NCBI GenBank assembly: GCA_964512375.1
Contig: CAZEIY010000002.1
Span: forward strand, 1 to 36,780
Length of the DNA stretch: 36,780 nt
DNA from: an uncultured Rickettsiales bacterium
GTDB taxonomy: Bacteria; Myxococcota_A; UBA796; UBA9615
Reading direction: 5' to 3'
A program made the translations under genes and the position numbers. Below the pieces are notes generated by a model. The model had not been told where the DNA came from. It did no database searches and was given only the letters and a program-made list of their open reading frames with translations. Shown piece after piece: positions 25,056 to 32,329 of the stretch (position 1 is its first letter; each line of letters begins with the position of its first letter).

Positions 25056-25943
25056 ATGACTCCCGAGCGAATGTACTTCGGGGTGGAGTTCTGCCAGCAC
25101 CTGCTCCCAGACTCGAACGACATCATTGCAGCGGTACAGCAGTGTCATGTGCACGGGCTCAGCTTTACCCTCCTCACCCCCTATGTCACCGATCCCTACC
25201 TCGAGGAAGTGGACAGCCTGGTGGAGACAATGCTCGAACAGAATCCTGCCGACCCCGAGGTGGTAGTCAATGACTGGGGAGTACTGCGTCGACTGAAGAG
25301 GCGGTATGCCGATCGCATCAAGATTATCCTCGGACGAGGGCTCAATAGAATGATGCGTGATCCCAGGCTCCCCGACCTCGGCCCCGAACATCTTGGCGGA
25401 GATGAACAGCCCGAAGTCTGGCAGGAGGGCAGCTTCAGTAGCAGTGAATTCAGGGGCATGTTGTCCGAACAAGGCGTAGAGCGAGTAGACATCGACTATC
25501 CCCTGCAGGGGCTGCGAGCGCTCCGTGATGGACCGTTGCGATTCACTCTCCACCTCCCCTTTGGAATGATCGCGACGGGCCGGAACTGCATGGTCAACTC
25601 CTACGGCAAACCACCCTCCGTGCGTTTCATGGTTCCCCTCGCCTGTGACGCCCCATGCCGGCGGTTCACCCTGCGACTGCGTGCACCGTGGTCGAGACGC
25701 GAGTTGGGAAACACGGCGCTACCGCTGCTCAACCAGCAGAGCAGCTTCCGAAGCGGCCATCCCCCCTCACGCAGGGTCGACGTGTTGCCCGCGGGCTCTA
25801 CCGATCCAGCGCCGCGCTTTCTCCAGAAGGGCAACTCCCACTTCTATGAGCTTAATGAAGAGCAGGTTGAAGCTGCCCTGCAGTGGGCCGAGTGTCAGCC
25901 GGCACTCGATCGCATCGTGGTCGAGCCCGACCTGCCCATGTAG
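25056..25943 (+). CDS. Peptidase-U32-family protein, UbiV-like architecture (putative 4Fe-4S subunit of an O2-independent hydroxylase)
   Basis: 295 aa from ATG 25056 (the ORF track starts at TTG 25014). MYFGVEFCQHLLP (early Cys), VVVNDWGVLRRLKRRY..IKIILGRGLN (U32 core), LHLPFGMIATGRNCMV-x-ACDAPC. This reproduces the one-early-plus-three-late Cys pattern (C..CX3C) I recall for E. coli UbiV (LPLAYSARC...CETCC). Confidence 0.65.
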   Translation: MTPERMYFGVEFCQHLLPDSNDIIAAVQQCHVHGLSFTLLTPYVTDPYLEEVDSLVETMLEQNPADPEVVVNDWGVLRRLKRRYADRIKIILGRGLNRMMRDPRLPDLGPEHLGGDEQPEVWQEGSFSSSEFRGMLSEQGVERVDIDYPLQGLRALRDGPLRFTLHLPFGMIATGRNCMVNSYGKPPSVRFMVPLACDAPCRRFTLRLRAPWSRRELGNTALPLLNQQSSFRSGHPPSRRVDVLPAGSTDPAPRFLQKGNSHFYELNEEQVEAALQWAECQPALDRIVVEPDLPM

Positions 25944-25952
25944 GCTCCCGCG

Positions 25953-27044
25953 ATGAAGATCCTGGCACCTTTGAGCGACGTAAGCGAAGTCGCAGCTTTG
26001 GCCCACGCCGGAGCAGATGAATTCTTCTGTGGACTGTTTCCCGACGGCTGGTTCGAGCGCTGGGGCAGAGCCGCCTGGCCCAATCGCCGCGGTCCCGGAC
26101 CGGCCAACATCGAACACCTGGACGACCTAGCTCGCCTCGCCGACGAGGTCCACGCACAAAAGCGAGACGGTGATCCGCTCCCCCTCTTCGTCGCAATGAA
26201 CCAGCAATTCTATAGCGACGAGCAAGCCGAGTTTCTTCTAGACCAGGCACGCACCATCGCCGCACGCGGAGCCGCAGATGCCGTCATTGTAACGGACCCG
26301 GGCTTCATCAGACTGCTGCGTCGTGAGTTGCCACAGCTGCCTATCTTCGCGTCGACGGTCACGGTGACGCTTAACGCCGAGTCTGCGCTCTTCCTCCAGG
26401 AGCTCGGCTGCGAGCGGGTCATCGTGTCCAGACACCTGCACCTCGAGGAACTGGCACAGCTGCAAGCAGCCCTGCCCGATGTACAGCTGGAGGTCTTCCT
26501 ACTCAACGACAACTGCTACTTCGAAGAGGGCTTCTGCAGCACAGCGCATGCCCTGCCGGGCTTCGGTGTCTACTGCATGACCCCCTGGGAATTTGAGGTC
26601 AGCATCGACGACCAGGGCCTATTGGATGACCCTGAAGAGAAGGAGCGATGGGACTTTCTCATCGAGGAACATCTCGAGCTCCAGCGTTCTCTCTCACACC
26701 GCGGCTATGGCCAGGGCGAGACCTCTCTACCTCTCGGCCCGTGCGGACTGTGCGCTATTCCTGAGTTAATCGACCTGGGTATCCACAGCGGCAAGATCGT
26801 CGGCCGAGAGGCTGGTCTCTATCGGAAGCTACGCTCGGTGCAAGCAGTACGCTACGTTCGCGACGCCTATCTCGACAATGGCGATGCAAGCGAGACCAAG
26901 AAGAAGGCACTTGATCTGCGCGGGGACCCGAAGGGCTGCGCCGATGGCTTCTTCTGTTACTACCGATCGGCCCGTGAGCGGGGTCTAGTGGACATGCCTT
27001 CCCGCGCGCGAGGACCTCGCCCCGCGCGACGAAAGGAGCACTAG
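25953..27044 (+). CDS. Peptidase-U32-family protein, UbiU-like architecture (putative 4Fe-4S subunit of an O2-independent hydroxylase)
   Basis: MKILAPLSDVSEVAALAHAGADEFFCG, DAVIVTDPGFIRLLRRELPQLPIFASTVTVTLNAESALFLQELGCERVIVSRHLHLEEL, EVFLLNDNCYFEEGFCSTAHALPGFGVYC (CX6CX12C) and IPELIDLGIHSGKIVGREAGLYRKLRSVQAVRYVRDA. These parallel the U32 core, the CX6C...C cluster motif and the KIEGR C-terminal motif of UbiU-type proteins. The gene starts 9 nt after the preceding U32 gene. Confidence 0.8.
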   Translation: MKILAPLSDVSEVAALAHAGADEFFCGLFPDGWFERWGRAAWPNRRGPGPANIEHLDDLARLADEVHAQKRDGDPLPLFVAMNQQFYSDEQAEFLLDQARTIAARGAADAVIVTDPGFIRLLRRELPQLPIFASTVTVTLNAESALFLQELGCERVIVSRHLHLEELAQLQAALPDVQLEVFLLNDNCYFEEGFCSTAHALPGFGVYCMTPWEFEVSIDDQGLLDDPEEKERWDFLIEEHLELQRSLSHRGYGQGETSLPLGPCGLCAIPELIDLGIHSGKIVGREAGLYRKLRSVQAVRYVRDAYLDNGDASETKKKALDLRGDPKGCADGFFCYYRSARERGLVDMPSRARGPRPARRKEH

Positions 27045-28928
27045 GTGAGCGCCGTCGACGAGCCTTCGGGGCCACCACCTCCGCCTGCATTCCTCGCATC
27101 CAACATCCGCGCCGAGGGAACGCCCCCCGAAGACACTCAGGTCACCGAACATACGCCCATCCCGTGGCCAAGGGTCTTCCGTTACCTCCTCCCCTACTGG
27201 CGAGCTGAGCTTGTGCTGCTCATCGCAATGGCCATCGGCATAGGCCTGTCCCTCGTCTATCCGCTGTTGATGCGCGAGATCGTCGATGAGGTAATCGGCC
27301 CGGGTCTGAGCACCGGCGGGGACACCTCGCGGCTGATGCCCCTGGTCGGGCTAATCTTCGCGGCCACAGCGGGCGGTGTAGCGCTCTCGGCTGCAGCTGG
27401 GTGGCTGCAGACCTGGGTGACGGCAAGGGTGTTGGTGGACATTCGACTGGAGACCTTCCGGCATCTACAGAGGCTCGGGCCACTGTTCCTGGCACGCCGG
27501 CGGCTAGGTGACATTCTCTCTCGAATGGGCGGTGACCTCGCCGAGCTGCAGCAGGTCGCCACAGGAACCCTCATCGGAGTCATAGGCTCAGTCATCACTC
27601 TGATCGCCGTGGTGACAGCACTCAGCGTCCTTCAGCCGCTCCTTCTGTTGGTAGGCGCCGCCTTCATTCCCTTCGCGCTGCTACTCCTCGCCGGCCTCCG
27701 ACCTGTGATCCGCCGGCTATCGCTGCGAGTCCGTGAGCGAAACGCGGACATCTCCCACCACATGCTTGAGAACCTCTCGGGGCTGCGCTCCATACTTGCT
27801 CACGGACTGGCCGACCGTGAGTCCGACCGCTTCCGCAGCCACAACATGGCGCTGGTTCGGGTAGTGCTGCGCTATCAACTCTGGAACTCAGGCTCCGCTG
27901 GTGCCTTCCAGGTATTGGTCACCACCAACCTGCTGGCCGTGCTGGTGATCGGCGTCGGTCTCCTGCAGGACGGACAGATGACTGCTGGTGACCTCCTGGC
28001 CTTCCTGCTCTTTCAGCAGCGAATTTATGGGCCGCTTCAAGGTCTCGCCGGCACCTACATCAACCTGCAACGTGCGGCTGCTTCCATCACCCGGGTCTTC
28101 GAGATCCTCGACTCTCTGCCGCTCACCGAGGCCGACAAACCAGTTCCCGCTACCGAGCCTGTCCGAGGCAGTGTCGAGTTCCAGGACGTGTGCTTTGCTT
28201 ATGGGCCTGGTCGCGAGGTTCTCTCTCAGCTCTCTTTTCGGCACCAACCAGGAACAACAACAGCTGTAGTTGGTCCCTCTGGCGTTGGGAAGAGCACAAT
28301 CATTGACCTTCTGTTCCGCTTCGCAGACCCCGGTACGGGACAGGTCCTCATCGACGATGTCGACCTGCGACAACTCGAAGCCGCAAGCATCCTTCCCCAG
28401 TTCGCGCTGGTCAGTCAGGAACCGGTGCTCTTCGACGGCAGCTTGCGAGACAACCTTCGCTGGCTTGTTCCGGATGCCAGAGATGAACGCCTGCGAGAAC
28501 TACTCACACAGGTAGGGCTCTCGGACTTCGAGCAGGGGCTTCCTCAGGGCCTGGACACCCCCCTGGGAGATCGGGGCGTTCGCGTCTCGGCCGGCCAGAA
28601 GCAGCGCATAGGCCTCGCAAGAGCGCTACTGCGAGACCCGGTTCTGCTGGTACTCGATGAGGTCACATCATCGCTGGACTGGGAGAGCGACCGCCTGGTC
28701 ACAGACGCGATCGAGGAGCGCCGGTCACGACAACGAGGGACCCTCGTCATCAGCCATCGCCTGCAATTGGCAGCTGGCGCAGATCAAGTACTCGTGCTCA
28801 CGGAAGGACGCATCGAGGAGCGCGGTAGACACCAGGACCTGCTCAAGGCGGAAGGCCTGTACGCGAGACTCTGGCGGCTCCAACGCGGGGAGCCCGCGCT
28901 GGCACCTGCCGCCACGGAGCCCGCGTAA
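27045..28928 (+). CDS. qhpF: ABC exporter, fused permease/ATPase (QhpF-like)
   Basis: Six-TM exporter domain, then Walker A GPSGVGKST, signature LSAGQKQRIGLARAL and Walker B LVLDEVTSSLD. The GTG start at 27045 directly abuts the U32 stop and is preceded by AAAGGAG at a 6-nt spacing. No C39 peptidase domain. Confidence 0.85.
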   Translation: MSAVDEPSGPPPPPAFLASNIRAEGTPPEDTQVTEHTPIPWPRVFRYLLPYWRAELVLLIAMAIGIGLSLVYPLLMREIVDEVIGPGLSTGGDTSRLMPLVGLIFAATAGGVALSAAAGWLQTWVTARVLVDIRLETFRHLQRLGPLFLARRRLGDILSRMGGDLAELQQVATGTLIGVIGSVITLIAVVTALSVLQPLLLLVGAAFIPFALLLLAGLRPVIRRLSLRVRERNADISHHMLENLSGLRSILAHGLADRESDRFRSHNMALVRVVLRYQLWNSGSAGAFQVLVTTNLLAVLVIGVGLLQDGQMTAGDLLAFLLFQQRIYGPLQGLAGTYINLQRAAASITRVFEILDSLPLTEADKPVPATEPVRGSVEFQDVCFAYGPGREVLSQLSFRHQPGTTTAVVGPSGVGKSTIIDLLFRFADPGTGQVLIDDVDLRQLEAASILPQFALVSQEPVLFDGSLRDNLRWLVPDARDERLRELLTQVGLSDFEQGLPQGLDTPLGDRGVRVSAGQKQRIGLARALLRDPVLLVLDEVTSSLDWESDRLVTDAIEERRSRQRGTLVISHRLQLAAGADQVLVLTEGRIEERGRHQDLLKAEGLYARLWRLQRGEPALAPAATEPA

Positions 28929-29638
28929 TGGACCAGCAGCGGTGCCTGGTCGCAATCCTCGATAGTGGCGTGAGTCCGAGACATCCCCATCTGCAGGGAC
29001 TCACGGTACGGGGATTCAGCCTGGACGGAGATGGGGAGCCCTTCACACGGTCCAGCTCGTTTGCTGACCGCACGGGCCACGGCACAGCCTGCGCGGCAGC
29101 GATGTTCCGCCTCTACCCGGACATCGAGCTACTCGCTGTCCGGGTGCTGGATGCCGACCTCACCACTACCCACCTGAACCTCGCCGAGGGCATTCGACTG
29201 GCCGCGCGGGAAGGCGCCGAAGTCATCAACCTCAGCCTGGGATCACAAGAAGAGAGCAGCCAATCGGTCCTTGCTGAGGCGGTCGATGAAGCCCTGCAGC
29301 TTGGCTCCATCTGCGTCGCCGCCGCCCATCCGCAAGGTCAGACACTCTGGCCGGCAGACCTACCCACTGTGATCTCGGCTCAAAGTCACCGAAGTTGCCC
29401 CCTCCGTGACCTCTACCGCATTCCGGGCTCGCTACCGCGATTCTTGTGCCACGGCTATCCGCGTCCGGTCGAAGGCCGCCCACCCACCGACAACCTCTAT
29501 GGCCCATCCCTGGCTGCTGCCCACCTCAGCGCACGCGTGGCTCGAATCAAGGCCGAGAACAGCCCTTCTTTCGAGGCTCTGATACGACTTCTCGAGGCCG
29601 AGTGCAGCGGCGAACTTCCCAACTCAGCGACAGCCTAA
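28928..29638 (+). CDS. qhpE: Small subtilisin-like (S8) serine peptidase, QhpE-like leader peptidase
   Basis: VAILDSGVSPRHPHL (Asp), DRTGHGTACAAAM (His), YGPSLAAAHLSARVA (Ser). 236 aa with no signal peptide, as expected for the cytoplasmic QhpE type. TAATG overlap with qhpF. Confidence 0.8.
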   Translation: MDQQRCLVAILDSGVSPRHPHLQGLTVRGFSLDGDGEPFTRSSSFADRTGHGTACAAAMFRLYPDIELLAVRVLDADLTTTHLNLAEGIRLAAREGAEVINLSLGSQEESSQSVLAEAVDEALQLGSICVAAAHPQGQTLWPADLPTVISAQSHRSCPLRDLYRIPGSLPRFLCHGYPRPVEGRPPTDNLYGPSLAAAHLSARVARIKAENSPSFEALIRLLEAECSGELPNSATA

Positions 29639-29675
29639 CCTTGACCGCAGCGGGGAGCGCCTCTAAAGGATTCCT

Positions 29676-30545
29676 ATGACTTCTGACACACCCGACTTTC
29701 GCGATGCTGAAGAGGCCTTTGTTTCCGGCGATTTCGAGACATCCCTCGTCATCTGCGAAGGCCTGTTCCACGAAGATGAAGCCACCACCCCAACCGAGAT
29801 CCTGCACCTGGCCGCAGAGTCCTTGTTGTCACTGCAAGAGCCCGGTGAAGCCGGGCATCTGGCACGGCTGGCGCTGTCCCAGGCGACGGATGAGCCTGCT
29901 CTACATCACTGCCTCGGTGTCAGTTGCTTCGAGTTGGGGGACTTCGCTGGCGCCCAGCGCCACTTTGAGCGCGCCGTCAGCCTCGACGAGGACTTGGGCG
30001 AGCCCCTCTTCTACCTCGCGATGATCGCCGAACGTACGGGCCCAGAAGAACGATCAAGAGAGCTGTACACGGAGGCCGTTCGCCGAGACCCCGAGAACCT
30101 CATGATGCCCACCCCATGGTCAGAGAAGACCATCAAGCAGGTGTTCGACGAGGTGGTGGAGGAGATGCCCGACCCCTTCGGCATCTGGCTGGCTGGACTG
30201 GCCATTCGCATCGAAGCCCTACCGGCTGAGGCCGCGCTGCGCAGGTCGGACAGTCCTATCTCACCACTGGTCCACTGCCTCTTCGACGGAGGCGGCGAAC
30301 ACCAACCCGAAGGTGACGACCCCGAAGCCTGGCTGAGACATCATCCCGACAGCGTCACCCTGTTCGCCGCGAACCTGGGCAAGAGCGCCCACGATCAATA
30401 CGAGCTACACCGAGACCTGCTCGAGGCCATCCTCTGGGAAGCCATGGATTTCCTGGGCCTCGACGAGACACACCTGCTCACCCTCGGGATGCTCCAGGAA
30501 GACGACGATGAGCCTCTTCATCCCGTCGGTGCGAACAACCGATAG
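29676..30545 (+). CDS. TPR-containing protein with C-terminal Zincin_1 (DUF1025)-like domain lacking HExxH
   Basis: N-terminal TPR-like helices (HHCLGVSCFELGDFAGAQRHFERAVSLDEDLGEPLFYLAMI). The C-terminus KQVFDEVVEEMPDPFGIWLAGLAIRIEALP...VTLFAANLGKSAHDQYELHRDLLEAILWEAMDFLGLDETHL parallels the minimal zincin family, but WEAMD replaces HExxH. AAGGA sits 5 nt before the ATG, and the gene starts 37 nt after qhpE. Confidence 0.55.
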   Translation: MTSDTPDFRDAEEAFVSGDFETSLVICEGLFHEDEATTPTEILHLAAESLLSLQEPGEAGHLARLALSQATDEPALHHCLGVSCFELGDFAGAQRHFERAVSLDEDLGEPLFYLAMIAERTGPEERSRELYTEAVRRDPENLMMPTPWSEKTIKQVFDEVVEEMPDPFGIWLAGLAIRIEALPAEAALRRSDSPISPLVHCLFDGGGEHQPEGDDPEAWLRHHPDSVTLFAANLGKSAHDQYELHRDLLEAILWEAMDFLGLDETHLLTLGMLQEDDDEPLHPVGANNR

Positions 30546-30558
30546 CCCGCCCGCCAGA

Positions 30559-31320
30559 TCAAGCGGCCGCCGCTTCGCGCTCAAGGAGCTGGGCGCAGAC
30601 CATCAGCACGAGCTTTTCATCCGAGAGGCTGGCAGGCCCGCGGATCTCGACCCGAAGACCGAGCTTCACAGCCACCGCACTGAACAATTGCATCCGGACA
30701 CCATTCAAGAGGCTGTCGCGCCGTCGGCACAAATCCTTGATGAACTCGGCCTCAGCCTGGGAGAGCGTCCGATCCAGTTGCCCCGGCAGCGAGACCTGAC
30801 CACCCACCGCAAGCAGTTGTCTGCGCACCTCCCTGCTGAGGATGGCGTCCGGCCTCCGCAGACGACGTTCTCGGATCACCAGGGTCCCGGCTACAAGGTC
30901 ACCGAGGCGACGGTGATGGGGTTGAAGCGAACAGTACAGAGCAGCAAGGCCTGCGGCACCAGGGAGGAAGTCAGCGGGACGAAGGATATTGCGAAGAACA
31001 ACCTGGGTGAAGTCCAAGGGAAGTCCCCTCTCGCCGACAACACGTAGCCCCAGGAGCCTCTTGCCGGGGCTACGTCCCTGCCAGCGAAGCTCGAAGAAGA
31101 TCCAATATCCGAGGAAGAGAGCGAACGAGACGACGCCGTATACTGCCAGGACGTAACCGCCCAGCCACGGACTCACCAGCACAGCCACGACACCCAGAAC
31201 CGCAGTGATGAAGGTAACCACCACCATGTCGACCAGCCAGGCAACCAGCCGCGAAGCGGGTCCAGCTACGGTGAATCGGAACGCGATGTTCTCGGGAGTA
31301 ACGACGGGATAATCGAGCAT
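30559..31320 (-). CDS. RDD family membrane protein
   Basis: MLDYPVVTPENIAFRFTVAGPASRLVAWLVDMVVV..., TM segments, RWQGRSPGKRLLGLRVV (RDD-domain core) and a C-terminal soluble extension. Confidence 0.8.
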   Translation of the reverse strand: MLDYPVVTPENIAFRFTVAGPASRLVAWLVDMVVVTFITAVLGVVAVLVSPWLGGYVLAVYGVVSFALFLGYWIFFELRWQGRSPGKRLLGLRVVGERGLPLDFTQVVLRNILRPADFLPGAAGLAALYCSLQPHHRRLGDLVAGTLVIRERRLRRPDAILSREVRRQLLAVGGQVSLPGQLDRTLSQAEAEFIKDLCRRRDSLLNGVRMQLFSAVAVKLGLRVEIRGPASLSDEKLVLMVCAQLLEREAAAA

Positions 31321-32329
31321 GATGGATGAACTTCCAACGGAGCAGCAGCGCAGTTGGCAAGAGCTTGAGGCCTTGCTTGAGGGCCTCGAACGTCAGGGCC
31401 TCACCGAACTCCACGCTGACGACGTTCGCGAGTTGCAGCGATTGTACCGCAGAGCGAGCGCTGAACTTCTGCTCGCTCGGGGAGTTGGCGACAAAACCGA
31501 GCTCACCGACTACCTCGAGGCGCTGGTCGCGAGAGCCTACACCACGCTCCACGCACCGAGACCGCTGGACTGGCGAGCTGGAAAGCGTTTCTTCACGACC
31601 TACTGGCCGAGGATTGTGCGGAGAGAGCACCCCTACCTGCTGGCTGCCGCGGCCACCATTGCTCTCGGCTTCCTCCTGTCCTGGCTGCTCTGTCGCGCCA
31701 ACTCGGACGCCTTCGACCACTTGATGCCGGCAGAGGTTATTGCCAGCTATGGGGAGCAGCCCGACGACTACCGCGCCGAACGATTCGGGGATCTCGCTGA
31801 CGAGGATGCGGCGCTCTTCTCGGCCTACCTGGTTACGAACAACATCAGGGTCTCTCTGAAGGCATTCGCCTACGGACTCACTGCCGGCATCGGCACATGC
31901 ATCGTACTCTTCTTCAACGGAGCGATGCTTGGAGCCATCGCCGCCAACTTCGGAGGCTGGAAGATGAGCATGCCCTTCTGGGCTCTCATTCTCCCCCACG
32001 GGATCATCGAGATCTTCTCGATCGCTCTCTGTGGTGGTGGCGGCTACATCCTCGCCGATGCACTGCTTCGACCCGGCCGACGGAGTCGACTCGACTCCCT
32101 GCGATCCCGCGCGAGAGATGCCGTCGCGCTCGCAGCGATGGCGATCCCAATGCTCGCAGTGGCTGCCTTGATCGAGGGCTTCATTACTCCCCTGGCCGAG
32201 ATGAGCGACCCGCAGAAGCTGGCCTTCGCAGCCGCCACTGCGCTGGCATTAGCCCTCTACATAAAGGCTCCATGGCTGCACCGAGAACCTGACAGCGAGC
32301 CGCAGTCCTTCAGGGACGCTCCTGGCTGA
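31319..32329 (+). CDS. SpoIIM-like (stage II sporulation protein M / DUF95) membrane protein
   Basis: NNIRVSLKAFAYGLTAGIGTCIVLFFNGAMLGAIAANF and LILPHGIIEIFSIALCGGGGYIL are typical SpoIIM/DUF95 motifs. The N-terminal helical region (VRELQRLYRRASAELLLAR...YLEALVARAYTTLH) is as seen in the RDD-associated subfamily. Confidence 0.82.
   Translation: MMDELPTEQQRSWQELEALLEGLERQGLTELHADDVRELQRLYRRASAELLLARGVGDKTELTDYLEALVARAYTTLHAPRPLDWRAGKRFFTTYWPRIVRREHPYLLAAAATIALGFLLSWLLCRANSDAFDHLMPAEVIASYGEQPDDYRAERFGDLADEDAALFSAYLVTNNIRVSLKAFAYGLTAGIGTCIVLFFNGAMLGAIAANFGGWKMSMPFWALILPHGIIEIFSIALCGGGGYILADALLRPGRRSRLDSLRSRARDAVALAAMAIPMLAVAALIEGFITPLAEMSDPQKLAFAAATALALALYIKAPWLHREPDSEPQSFRDAPG

Noticed and set aside
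31070-31999. 309-aa minus-strand ORF
   Set aside because: It overlaps the SpoIIM-like gene in antisense and the RDD gene out of frame. It has no motifs, whereas both overlapped genes are well supported.
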